From Octopus bimaculoides (taxonomy: Eukaryota), in the NCBI RefSeq assembly GCF_001194135.2, contig NC_068996.1, positions 38,202,071 to 38,241,912 on the forward strand: a DNA stretch of 39,842 bases, written 5' to 3'. Below are positions 24,505-35,502 of the stretch, in pieces. The position numbers and the translations under genes are program-made. Within the stretch, counting starts at the first letter, position 1. Each line of letters starts with the position of its first letter. Below the pieces are notes generated by a model, which was not told where the DNA came from, ran no database searches, and saw only the letters and a program-made list of their open reading frames with translations.

Positions 24505-24767
24505 GGGCATATGGCGTTGTGGTTAAGAGCGCGAGCTACTAACCCCGAGATTCCGAGTTCGATTCCAGGCAGTGACCTGAATAATAATAATATTAACATC
24601 GAAAAATACCTTAGGAATGAGAACCCAGGTTCGAAATTTCCCCAAGACACCTGATGAAGGCTGGAGGGTATAGCAGCTGAAACGTGTTAACAACACACAA
24701 GTTGAGGACAAATATCCGTCAAATGTAAATAATGTACATTATTCCTCATCTCTTAAATATAGAACTG
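24505..24767 (+). mobile_element. tRNA-headed SINE carrying a hammerhead-like body
   Basis: A box TGGCGTTGTGG (24512-24522) and B box GAGTTCGATTCC (24555-24566), followed by the HHR core at 24651-24683. Confidence 0.8.
24646..24688 (+). ncRNA. Type I hammerhead ribozyme motif, degenerate (helix III lost)
   Basis: GACAC-CTGATGA-A-GGCTG(loop 10)CAGCT-GAAAC-GTGTT. Helices I and II are present but there is no NUH/helix III. Confidence 0.6.
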
Positions 24768-24796
24768 CATCATATATATATATATATATATAATTC

Positions 24797-24947
24797 AACT
24801 GTGTGGTAAGAAGCTTGCTTTCCAACCACATGGTTCTGAGTTCAGTCCCGCTGAATAGCACTTGGGCAAGTGTCTTCTACTAAAACCTCAGGCCAACTAA
24901 AGCTTTGTGAGTGAATTTGGTAGACAGAAACTGAAAGAAGCCCATCG

Positions 24948-24996
<49 letters not shown>

Positions 24997-25236
24997 ATAT
25001 CTATATATGTGTCTCTCTGTGCTTGTGTTTGTCCCCCACCACCTCTTCGCAACCAGTGTTGGTATGTTTATGTCCTCATAAACTTAGTGGTTCAGCAAAA
25101 GATATTGACAGAATATGTACTGGGCTTAAAAAATCTAAATAGTCCTGGGGATCGATCTGTTTGACTGAAATCCTTCAAAATAGTGCCCCAGCATGGCTGT
25201 AGTCAAATGACTAAAAGAAGTAAGATATAAAAGATA
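24797..25236 (+). mobile_element. tRNA-derived SINE with internal (TA)n
   Basis: TGTGTGGTAAG..GAGTTCAGTCCC head and TTGGGCAAGTGTCTTCTAC core. Confidence 0.8.
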
Positions 25237-25339
25237 TGAGGACAAAGAAAGAGTTTAGCACATCTTTAATGACCAGTTACAAATGTTTCAGTACCACCAT
25301 GTTTTTTAATGATATAGTACACAACAATTCTGTGTTTAA

Positions 25340-25590
25340 AGTTATGTAATACTAAAACTGCCGGAGGAGAGGCTTGCCGAAACAACCATGGGCTGGATAC
25401 TACTGGAAGGTAAGAGAGAAAGAAGCCAGTTAAGGAAGACACAGTGTAGTACCTTCAAAGAAGACCTATGCAAATCGAGCATCACCTGGGAAGAAGCATA
25501 CCGGTTGACCAAAGACAGAGATAATTGACAATCACTGATTGCTCAATGTGTCACTCAAATGCACCAATGGACCTAAGAGAGAGAGAGAGA
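25340..25590 (+). mobile_element. 3' end of a second RTE-like LINE family
   Basis: Peptide ILLEGKRKR...TFKEDLCKSSITWEEAYRLTKDRDN, followed by (GA)n. Confidence 0.55.
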
Positions 25591-25793
25591 AAGTTATGTC
25601 ATATTTGTGGCACTTTGTGAGACTTGCAGTCTTACATCTTGTTAAGCATTGTTTTTTTTTCCGTGTATCAGGATGAAGAAAGAATGCTTTTGTTTACTAA
25701 GTATTACAGTTAATTTTTCAACATTAATTAAATATTTAAAACTATCATGTGATGTCAAGACAAGGAGACACAAACACTCATATATGTACATGT

Positions 25794-25825
<32 letters not shown>

Positions 25826-25827
25826 TT

Positions 25828-27153
25828 ATTCATTCTAGCAGCTACACTCTCAGAGCAACTGCCCCCAGTACTGACTTGGTCACCTAGGTAATGGAAGCTA
25901 TCAACTACTCGTATTTTTTCCCCCTGGAATGTGACGGAGGCTGTTTACTGCACATTTTCAGTGTTCATTACCCCTGAGCATTTGCCACACACAAAATCTT
26001 TCTTCCCAGTTAGCCTTCCTTTGATATTGCTGCATCTCTTATGTGTCCATAAGTTACACTGAGTACATCTCGTGGAGTTTCTTCCTATGCCGTTTCTACA
26101 GATTGAGCAGGACCATCTACCTGAAGGGATTTGTGCTTTGCCTGCCTTTCTACTTATTTGGATTTTGCTAGATTGACTCTAAGGCCCTTTGAGAGAGCTC
26201 CTACCTCTGCTGGTGACAAAGGGCCTCTTGCTCAGAATAAAAGGTAGACTGTATGATGCATGTGTGCGAATAGCCATGCTACATGGCAGTGAAACATGGG
26301 CCATGACGGCTGAGGACATGTGTAAGCTTGCAAGGAATGAAGCGAGTATGCTCCACTGGATGTGTAATGTCAGTGTGCATACTCAATAGAGTGTAATTGC
26401 CCTGAGAGAAAAGTTGGACATAAGAAGCATCAGATGTGGTGTGCAAGAGAGACAACTGCGTTGGTATTGTCATGTGTTGTGTAGGGATGAGGACAGCTGA
26501 GTGAAGAAGTGTCACACCCTAGCAGTAGAGGGAACCTGTGGAAGAGACAGATCCAGGAAGATCTGGGATGAGGTGGTGAAGCATGACCTTCGAACCTTGG
26601 GCCTCACTGAGATGATGACAAGTGACCAAGACCTTTGGAGATATGGTGTGCTTGAGAAGACCTGGCAAGCCAAGTGAGACCGTAACCGTGGCCTATGCCA
26701 GTGTAGGATAACCAGCCCATATAAGAGTACCCTTCAATCATTGGGCAATAAACTGCACTTGCGAAGATCTATTGAGGCAAGTGAAGTCATTTTCATGGCT
26801 GATGACAGTACTGCCTGATTGGCACCTGTTCCGGTGGCATGTAAAATGCACCATTCGAGCGTGGTTGATACCAGTGCTGGCTGACTGATCCCATGCCAGT
26901 GGCACGTAAAAAGCACTATTCAAGCGTGGCCGATGCCAGTACCACCTGACTGGCCCTCGTGCCAGTGGCATGTAAAAAGTACCCACTACCCTCTCAAAGT
27001 GGTTGGCATTAGGAAGGCCGTTCAGCTGTAGAAACATTGCCAGATCGGATTGGAGCCTGGTGCAGCCTTCTGGCTCGCCAGCCCCCAATCAAACCATCCA
27101 ACCCATGCCAGCATGGGAAGCAGATGTTAAACGACAACAATGACGATGATGAT
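25828..27153 (+). mobile_element. RTE-clade LINE, 5'-truncated with 5' inversion
   Basis: 26188-27153 is forward (RELLPLLVTKGL..YDACVRIAMLHGSETW, 3' UTR, (GAT)n tail). 25828-26187 is inverted and encodes the immediately upstream part (GLRVNLAK..CSICRNGIG..FHYLGDQ..SVAAR). Confidence 0.88.
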
Positions 27154-27427
27154 ATATATTAAAAGTAGTTAAGTTTATATCTAGTCATAAAATGACCAAT
27201 GGTTTTACATCCACAAAGGTCTTAGCCTCATGGACGTCTTGTCAGACTCTAAAACTGAAGACAAATGTAATTCTTCACTTCTGGGAGGCAGGAATGCGTT
27301 ATGGTGATTTGGTCAGTTGGTATNNNNNNNNNNNNNNNNNNNNNNNNNNNNNNNNNNNNNNNNNNNNNNNNNNNNNNNNNNNNNNNNNNNNNNNNNNNNN
27401 NNNNNNNNNNNNNNNNNNNNNNNNNTA

Positions 27428-27458
<31 letters not shown>

Positions 27459-27469
27459 GACACACACAA

Positions 27470-27620
27470 TTAATTGCTTTCAGTTTCCATCAGCCAGGTC
27501 ACTCAGAAGGCTTTCATTGACACAGGGCTCTAATAGAAGGTCATTTACCCAAGGCACCTCACAGTGGGACTGAACCTGAAATCATGTAGTTTGAAACAGA
27601 CTTCTTAACCATACAGACAT
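27470..27620 (-). mobile_element. SINE fragment (family of 24797-25236)
   Basis: TTTCAGTTTCCATC...ACCCAAGGCACCTCACAGTGGGACTGAACC...CTTAACCATACAG. Confidence 0.7.
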
Positions 27621-27736
27621 GCTACACATACACACATGCATATATATGTACACACACACACATCTATGTACATACACATACACATGCATATATATATACA
27701 CATATATATATGTACACACACACACACATATATATA

Positions 27737-28913
27737 TATTGGGTTATACCATAAATAATGCGTTTTTTTTATACTTCTTCTATTTTTCAAAATTCAGATA
27801 AACAAAGATCTTTTTTAATCTATAACATACTCTCCTTCATTTTCTACAATGCTCTTCCATCTATCTGGTAGACTTACTAGGCCTCTCTTCCAAAATTGTG
27901 TGATGACAGAATTCATATTTTTTCCTTCCAAATGATTTTGAAGACTGCATAAAAAATGATAATCAAATGCAGCAATGTCCAGTGAATATGGTGGGTGGGG
28001 CATCGTTTCCCATTCAAACAGCTTCACCTTTTGGAATGTAATTCTTGCTGTATGTGGCTGAGCATTATCCTGATGGAAAAAATACCTTTTGTCTTGAAAC
28101 CAAAAGATGGTCGTTTTTCTTCTAGAGCTGACTTAAGCCACTCAGGCTGCTTGCAGTACATCTTTTTTGTTATCATATGGTTTGGGTTTAAAAGTGCTGA
28201 TGTTTCTCCTTTCCCTACTCATGGTCTTCGGTGCTTGACATTTTTATAAAAAACACCACTCTTTTATAAAAAACATCACTCTTGTCACCACTCACTATTC
28301 AGTCCCAAAAAGGTTCATTTGTGAGATATGACAGCAAAGAAGAGCACACATTCACTCTCTGTGCACGATTAAACTCAGAAAGTTAGGGAGGAACCCATTG
28401 ACCCAATTTATTGACCTTTCTGATGGCACACAAGTGTTGGTGAATGGTTGAATGACCAAATCTAAGCTTCTCTGCTAGTTCTTCAACAGTTATGATGGGA
28501 TTTTGTTCCACCAGGGTTTGTAGGACATCCTTGTTGAGCTCTACAGATTTTCCATGACGAGGCTCGTCTTCTAGGCCATAGTTACTAGAACCATCATTGA
28601 CACTGGCTTACACATATTGTTCATTCCCCATATACTGCATTAATATTCCTTGCACTTTCTGTTGCATTGTTGCCTTTATTGAACTCATAAAGCAAAATAT
28701 GCTGAATATACTCCTTTGTTACTTCCATTATAGCTTTGAAAAAATAACTATTAAAATCGAACTGCACTCTTCATAACTTGCACTAAGAATAAGGACAAGG
28801 TAAAATTACTACCAGCTTTTATAGTGAGTTGATGCAGGTAGTTTATCTCATCATCTTCTGACTTTTAGTTCATGCAATTGAAAAAACCGCATTATTTATG
28901 GGATGACCCAATA
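27737..28913 (-). mobile_element. Near full-length mariner, pseudogenised transposase at 27815-28728
   Basis: Inverted termini TA-TTGGGT.AT.CCATAAATAATGCG at both ends. N-terminus MEVTKEYIQHILLYEFNKGNNATESARNI and C-terminus HPPYSLDIAAFDYHFLCSLQNHL. Several stops. Confidence 0.92.
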
Positions 28914-29118
28914 TATAAAATTAATATAAACACCAGGTTTGCAATGTTTCACCAAAAGGAGAATTATAACTAACCCTAAATGTGACTAGGGTGCTAGGAA
29001 AAACCTACATTACTAGAAATAAGAGCTAAAATGTTCTAATGTTGTAGTTAATGCACATGAATGAAAATATATACACTAACAGAGACCATAATCGTCTGAA
29101 AATGACCGAACAAGAATC

Positions 29119-29167
29119 CTTAATATTGACATCAGTTTCAGCAATTTCCGTTGCCTCGTCAGTTAAG
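29119..29167 (-). ncRNA. Type I hammerhead ribozyme motif (core intact, helix III mismatch)
   Basis: Minus strand CTTAA-CTGACGA-GGCAA(cggaaa)TTGCT-GAA-ACTGA(tg)TCAAT-A-TTAAG. Confidence 0.75.
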
Positions 29168-29374
29168 ACTGCTTAATTGTTTGGCTCTTTCTGGACTTGC
29201 TTCACCATTAGTCTCTATGTTTCTGTCATCCAAATTATTGGATGATTTAGTGATTTGCTAATGTGTATATTTAATATTAATATAAACAGCAGTTTACAAT
29301 GTTTCACCAAAAAGGAGAATTAAATAAATACTAATGGCGAAGTGAGTCTGGAAAGATCCGAACAATTGAGTGGT

Positions 29375-29423
29375 CTTAACTGATGAGGCAACGGAAATTG
29401 CCAAAACTGATGTCAGTGTTAAG
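29375..29423 (+). ncRNA. Type I hammerhead ribozyme motif (GAAA mutated to AAAA, H17=G; likely inactive)
   Basis: CTTAA-CTGATGA-GGCAA(cggaaa)TTGCC-AAA-ACTGA(tg)TCAGT-G-TTAAG. Confidence 0.7.
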
Positions 29424-29994
29424 AATTCTTGATTGGCAATTTTCAGACGGATATGGTCCCTGTTAGTGTATATGTTTTCATTCATGTGCATTAACTACAG
29501 CATTAGAGCAGTTTAGCTCTTATTTCTAGCAATGTAAGTGTTTCTTAACACCCTAGTCACATTTAGTGACAATTATATATGTGTGTGTGTGAGTGTGTGT
29601 GTCTATGTGTGTGTGTGTGCGTGTGTGTATACATATATACATACACATATTGTAATACATGGGGGATCATACAGATCATGGCAAATTAACTTTGAAGCAC
29701 CTCCACATCTCTTTGATTTAACAAATCACTCAGAAAAGTTCCAAATAATTCAACTAGTTAATTCTTCAGTCTATACAAAGTTAAACAGTTGTAAACTGGT
29801 GCCAGGTCTTCTACAAATGTGTGTATCAAAAGCATATTTGGTGTAATATTTAATAGATGAAAATGAATTGATAGTTTAAGACATCACTAGACATGTTTCA
29901 ACAGCATGGTTCAATTCCAATACAAGTCCGTTACATAATTTATTAGATGATCTTATGAAAATTCATATTGTTTAAACAACAGCCATTTCATTAG

Positions 29995-30045
29995 GTGATA
30001 TTCTGCCAAATATTTTGGTGATATTCTGCCAAATATTTTGGTGAA
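29995..30045. repeat. 23-bp tandem duplication
   Basis: GGTGATATTCTGCCAAATATTTT, about 2.2 copies. Confidence 0.85.
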
Positions 30046-30221
30046 ATACAATAAATAAATGAGGAAGGAGGATTTTTATCACAACAAGAATGCAACAAGG
30101 AAATTAACGAGGGTTGTATATGATATATTAGGTGACCAATCAGATAACTCGATTCTGAAGGCATCTGAAGCAAAATATGCTAATGTTAGGAATGAGTGGT
30201 CAAATAATCATCAATAATTAA

Positions 30222-31599
30222 GAGCGTATATGGCATATTTTGGGGTCAAGCTGGGAGACCAAGATAAATATTAGGAAGGAAAAGTATGATGACTGCTATT
30301 TTTGTAACCTAAATTTGAGAGCTATTAACTGGAAAAATCAACAAATGCTTATCTATCCTAATTTTGCCTTGCATTCCTCAGTGAAGAGCTTCCTGTTCCT
30401 ATCTTCAATGTCTTGCCTCAGATAACTTTACCCTCAACCAAAGAAGATTTCTCAGCTATTCTCCCAGGTAGAGTTGAATAATCTAGTCTGTGACTTGAAC
30501 CTCCCAAAAGATTTTGCAGAACTGTTGGCTTCCCAACTGAAAGAGAAGAATCTTCTAGAGAATGGTGTCTGTATAACCTTTTATTGGAGTCAGCATGAAG
30601 AGTTTCTTTCTTTCTTCACAAAAGAGGAAGATCTAGTTTACTGCAGAGATGTCAGGGGTCTTCTTAATAAACTTGGCATTGAGGAATCAAACCAGAGGAT
30701 TGGCGTCTTTTCATAGACAGCTCTATACGTAGTTTAAAATGTGCATTGTTGCACAATGGAAATGTGTATGGCTCTGTCCCACTTTGCCACTCAACAACTC
30801 CGAAGGAAAATTTAAAGAAATTAAGTTGGTTTTCGAGAAGATACTGCATCATGATCATAAATGGGTCATCTGCGTTGACTTAAAGATGGTGAATTTTCTC
30901 ATGGGACAGCAATCTGGTTATATCAAATACCCATGCTATCTTTGCATGTGAGACAGTAGAGATCGAGTAAACCACTATGTCAAAAAAGACTGGCCGCCTC
31001 AAACAAATATGGCTCCATGTAGAGCAGCCAATATATTGGAAGCACCTTTATTTGAGTGAGATAAGATCATCTCCCTCCTTACACATCAAACTCGTATTGA
31101 CAAAAATGGGGAGTGCTTCAAGTATATCTGCAGTGTATTTCCAGACTTGACGATTGAAAAATTTAAAGCAGAGATTTTTGATAGACCACAGATCCGTATG
31201 CTCTTGAAGGGCACAAAGTTTGTGAAAGCAATGAGCAAAAATGAAGCATCAGCTTCACTAACTTTTGCAGAAGTAGAGCAAAATTTCCTTGAGAAATACA
31301 GAAGTGAAAACTATAAAGACCTTGTTACCAACTTGATATCAAATTTTTGTGATATTGGTATGAATATGAGTGTCAAAATGCATTATCTTTTTAGCCATCT
31401 TGATCGTTTTCCTGAACACCTCAGAGATGATAGTGATGAACAAGGTGAACGATTCCATCAGGACATCAAGGAGATGGAAACTCGATACCAAGGCCGTTGG
31501 GACACTGTGATGATGGCAGACTATTGCTGGTGTTTAAAACCAGATACTCCTATTGCTCAACATTCACGGTACACAAAGAAGTATAAATTTATTCCTTGA
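30222..31599 (+). pseudogene. Chapaev3-type (CMC superfamily) DNA transposase relic
   Basis: AYFGVKLGDQDK, DCYFC, WVICVDLKMVNFLMGQQSGYIKYPCYLC, LHIKL and SDEQGERFHQDIKEMETRYQGRW..MMADYCW. Frameshifts, stops and deletions; no inverted termini found. Confidence 0.8.
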
Positions 31600-31699
31600 A
31601 TTTTCTGTCAAAAATCTTTGCCAATGTACATTTTCAATTTTGAATTTTTATTTGTACTTTATTTTGTTTTGTGTTATGCTCTCTTTATTGATTCATATT

Positions 31700-32300
31700 A
31701 TATGTCTCTTGGATGAATAAAATACTTGCTCTATCAGGTCTAATCAGAAAACAAGACCTGATAGAGAAAGCCATAATAAATTGAGAAACCTGTTCAATTC
31801 TAAGAAGAATGTTGATGCAGACATTAATGAAGTTCCTATTCCTGTTTCCAAACCCTGCTCCAACTGTAAACTCTTCTTTTGCTAACCCAAATAAAAATAA
31901 TGTAACAGGCAGTGAGCAAGTTATTTGACACAGTAAACCCAAATTTTGTTGATAATGTGCTACTAGTGAAATTTGACCAGGGTGATAAAACAACATATAT
32001 TAACATATATTTTGCCATTGTTAGCCTAAATGAACCTAGAAGTGTGATTAAAATTAATTATAATGTAAGCAACGATCTTAGTGGTTGTCATAATCTAAAC
32101 ATACAAGGAAACCAGGTGAATAGAAATAATTGTGATAGAAATATCAATGCAAATTATTGCAGTAGTAATAGCAATTAATGTGATAATCACACTAGTAATA
32201 TACATTGTCTAAACATACTACTGACAAATAAGGAAATATGTAATTTCAGAAGACCAATAAAATGCCCATTGAATAATAAATATCTAAGAATTTGTTATTA
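31700..32300 (+). mobile_element. Penelope-like element fragment (Asn-rich linker and Cys motif preceding GIY-YIG)
   Basis: NKEICNFRRPIKCPLNNKYL resembles the PLE CNCR....CPL...CL motif. Preceded by an Asn-rich linker like that at 7215-7380. Confidence 0.5.
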
Positions 32301-32352
32301 GTAACAGAAGCAGTTTAGTTCAAAATAACATTCTGTACATCTTACTTAATGT

Positions 32353-32582
32353 GGATATACTGTAGAAAGGCTGAATACTATACTTTTCATCTCAAGATAG
32401 CATTCATACAGACATTTATTGCTAAAAAGCACAGGAGTATATCATTTGCACACAAAAAGTGTCCAGCAGTGGACACTTTGTCTGCTACTGAGATGCTTCT
32501 GTGCTCTTTAGTACTATGCATCAATATGAGATGCTGCCTTGAGATGAAATACTGCAGTGAGGTAGCTTTTGACAGTACATCC
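32353..32582. mobile_element. Old fold-back (palindromic) MITE
   Basis: Arms 32353-32465 and 32470-32582 around loop GCAG (centre GTGTCCA/TGGACAC), roughly 70% identical by eye. Confidence 0.7.
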
Positions 32583-32749
32583 AAGTTAAGCACAAAATGC
32601 AGAATGCTATTCTAACTAAGAATAGAGTCTAAAAATGCACTGTTATGTCCTCAAGCCTTGTTTTTATATATTTAGGCACCAATACTACAAATTTCAAATT
32701 TTGATTACATAACCACTTACATTTATAAGATAGAATAAGACCAAATCAC

Positions 32750-32965
32750 ACCACTTTATTTCAATATGCTCCTGTTCACTGAGCTGGCAAAAATGAGTTG
32801 TACTTGTAATTCAAAGGGCCAGCCTTGTCACTTACTGTGTTATACTCAATCTGTTCAGAATTATGCATGTCTGTGGAGTGCTCGTCCACTTGCACATTAA
32901 TTTCATGAGCAGACTGTTCCATTGATCAGATCAACTGGAACACTCGTTGCTGTAATTGATGGAGG
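32750..32965 (+). mobile_element. SINE 3' portion
   Basis: CACTGAGCTGGCAAAAATGAG..CAAAGGGCCAGCCTTGTCAC..GATCAACTGGAAC. Recognised as SINE-like from memory; no second copy in the window. Confidence 0.55.
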
Positions 32966-32974
32966 GTTAATCAG

Positions 32975-34262
32975 TTAGTTTGGTTAAACTCTTGATGTTT
33001 CTACTCTGCTGAGCAGCTGTTGCACTTGATCTATTTCATTAGATATGAGTGCTATATCATTTGCAAAGTCAAGGTCTGTGATGGTTACTGTTGGTACTCT
33101 CTGCAATCTTTGATGGTTTATGATGAAACCAAGGTCTTCATCACTGTTGTCTATAGCCTGCCACATTGCATAATCCAATACAATTGCAAACAGACAAGGT
33201 GCAAGTGTATCTCCTTGTAGCACCCCAACTAGTATTTTAAAGAATTCCATTTCTCACATGTGTTGTCATCACATGACAACAAAAGATCTCTGGTCTTCTC
33301 ATAGGGCTTTGCAATAGCAAGAACTAATTCTCGAAGGCCATATGCTTAAAAGATCTTCAACATTTGTAATGATAGATGCTGTTAAACTCTTTGCTGAAGT
33401 CCATGAAGGTTATAATGGCAGATAGCTGTCTTGATTTAATTCATATGATATACCACAGGTCTGAAATCTGAGATGCTGGGGATCTTCCTGGTCTAAATCC
33501 ATTTTGATTTGGTCTCAGATGGCCATCAAGCAATAGTTGAATCCTATTGAGGATCATTCAGTTGATGACTTTGAGTGAGATATTGTACAGTGCAATTCCT
33601 CTGTAGATAGTTTTATTATAGAAGTTTCCTGACTTTGGAATTGGTATCAAGTCAATCTCAACCCACTGATGTGGACTTTCTTGAGTCTGCAAGAGCTTAT
33701 TTACAAAATCCAGTATTATTTCATCCAGATTGCACCTCTTGATAACTCCAGGGGGGATTCCATCAGGGCCAGCAGCTTTTCCTTCCCTCAGTCTATTCTT
33801 GGCATTCTGAAGTTCTTCCAAATCAAAGAGTTTGCTTTCATATGTAAGATTGTTGAAAACAAGTTGAATCTCTTCATCTTCATTGCTTACAAGGGGAGAC
33901 TTCCGAGCAATTGACCGAAAGGTTGGCACTACTTTTGGACACACTCCTCCCTGCTGTTTCTATGGATAATGCCTGACTTTGCTGATTTCCTTCTGCTTAT
34001 CTCATTGATCAATTTCCAGCTTTCCCTGTGCATTGAATTTGTATCTGACTTGATCAATAATGTGACCCAATTCCAATTCCTCAATGGTGTCATAGGCATT
34101 TTGAAGAGTGGTTTTGGAAGCTTGTAGTTCCAGCCTGTACTCTTCGTTAGGATTTTCATGATAGCAGTTAAATGCTCTTTGCACATTCTTTTTGGCTGTA
34201 ATAGCTCTTGGTTCAGAGAGAAAGCAAATACTGAAAATCTTCACACGATGAATATTCAAGTA
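32975..34262 (-). mobile_element. RTE-X-like LINE, reverse transcriptase fragment
   Basis: GKAAGPDGIPP, LIPIPKSGN..YRGIAL and GVLQGDTLAPCLFAIVLDY..ITDLDFANDIAL. Frameshifted. Confidence 0.85.
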
Positions 34263-34389
34263 TAAATATATAGATATTTATATATGAACTGAGAAAACTT
34301 ACACAGAGTACAAAGACACAGAGAATCAAAGACATGGAGGTATGATCTTACAAATCCAACAGCTGTTTCTGTATATATGTACGTATGTA

Positions 34390-34590
34390 TTTATATAGGG
34401 AGAATTCACAGAAAAACAACAACAAAAGATAAAGACAGGTGGTGTAGACAACAAACAGATGTATTAGTATAATGCTCGGGAAGTGAAAAAGTCTTTAACA
34501 ATTCAAGCCTACGCTCTTCCACAGAAAGGAACACAGAAAGAAACAAGGAGAGAAAAAAAAGAATGTGTAGTGGCTAGCGATCTATCATGG
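34390..34590 (-). repeat. Unclassified interspersed repeat, possibly derived from a PLE terminal repeat
   Basis: Flanked by (TA)/(TG) tracts. Minus strand has GAAGAG-cgtagg-CTT-GAAT, a broken HHR-like core. Confidence 0.35.
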
Positions 34591-35365
34591 CGAATGCATA
34601 TATATATGTGTGTATATATATATGTATGTATATATATATGTACGTATGTGTGTCTGTGTGTGAATGTTTCTTTGCGATGGATCGCAGAAAAGTCACCTAC
34701 TCCTCTCTCCTTAAAGCTACGTATTCCTCACACCCACTTTTCTGTGTGTGTGTGTGTGTTGTATCTATGTATTTATGAAAGTATGTATGCAGTATCATGT
34801 GTATAGGACAGCTGTCATTGCCAGGCAATTTTTACAATAGATGCCTTATCTAAATTTTTATTTATTCTATATCAGAGCATGCCTTACCCAACAGATAGGC
34901 CTCTTAATCAGAACAGATTTGGGCAATTTTTCACCAAAATCTCCGTTGAGAATTTTTTTCCTTTTTAAATTATTTATGTCTCTTTGATCATTTCACACGA
35001 CTTTCTTCATCAAAACTTCAGAAGTTCTTACAACTTTGGTTGTCATAATGCTTTGCTTTAATTGTTTAATAAAAATTCCTCCTCATAATAATTGTACTTT
35101 CATTTCATGATAGACAACTATCATGCAGAAAATGCCATTTTTCAAATCCTGCTTTCTGATTAGGTAAAATTGATTAAACTTTAAACTTCTGTAACATTTG
35201 CCTGCAATTTTTCTGGAACAAATAAATAACAAAATAGGATTTAACATGGAAAATTATTTCAATATACTAAATTTGGAAATTTTGATGTAATTTTACAATC
35301 TCACAATATGTGACAGCAACAGGGAAGACCCTACAAAAGTAGAGAGACAGACAATTATAGGTCGT

Positions 35366-35419
<54 letters not shown>

Positions 35420-35467
35420 CAAATGTATACACAAGTAATCATAAGTTTAACATGGTTTATAGTAGAC

Positions 35468-35498
<31 letters not shown>

Positions 35499-35502
35499 TG
35501 TA

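Larger units (their letters stand above)
28920..29566. mobile_element. Non-coding HHR-bearing element: 356-nt unit with 47-bp terminal direct repeat plus a head-to-head inverted partial copy
   Basis: Direct repeats at 28920-28966 and 29276-29322. Inverted arms at 28976-29212 and 29330-29566 (237 bp, about 32 mismatches by manual count). Confidence 0.8.

Noticed and set aside
24505-24577. Possible tRNA gene
   Set aside because: A and B boxes are present but the acceptor and anticodon stems do not pair, and the sequence continues into a repeat body. It is a SINE head.
29226-29245. Shared AA-ATTA-TT hairpin in both HHR elements (also 39430-39447)
   Set aside because: The hairpins lie in opposite orientation relative to each unit's ribozyme and the stems are unrelated, so this is probably coincidence in AT-rich DNA.
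28920-30045. Direct repeats with spacers as a CRISPR-like array
   Set aside because: Eukaryotic context, only two copies of each repeat, and no cas genes.
34485-34530. HHR-like GAAGAG-cgtagg-CTT-GAAT on the minus strand
   Set aside because: Both core halves are broken (no CUGA, GAAT instead of GAAA). Too degraded to count without a family consensus.
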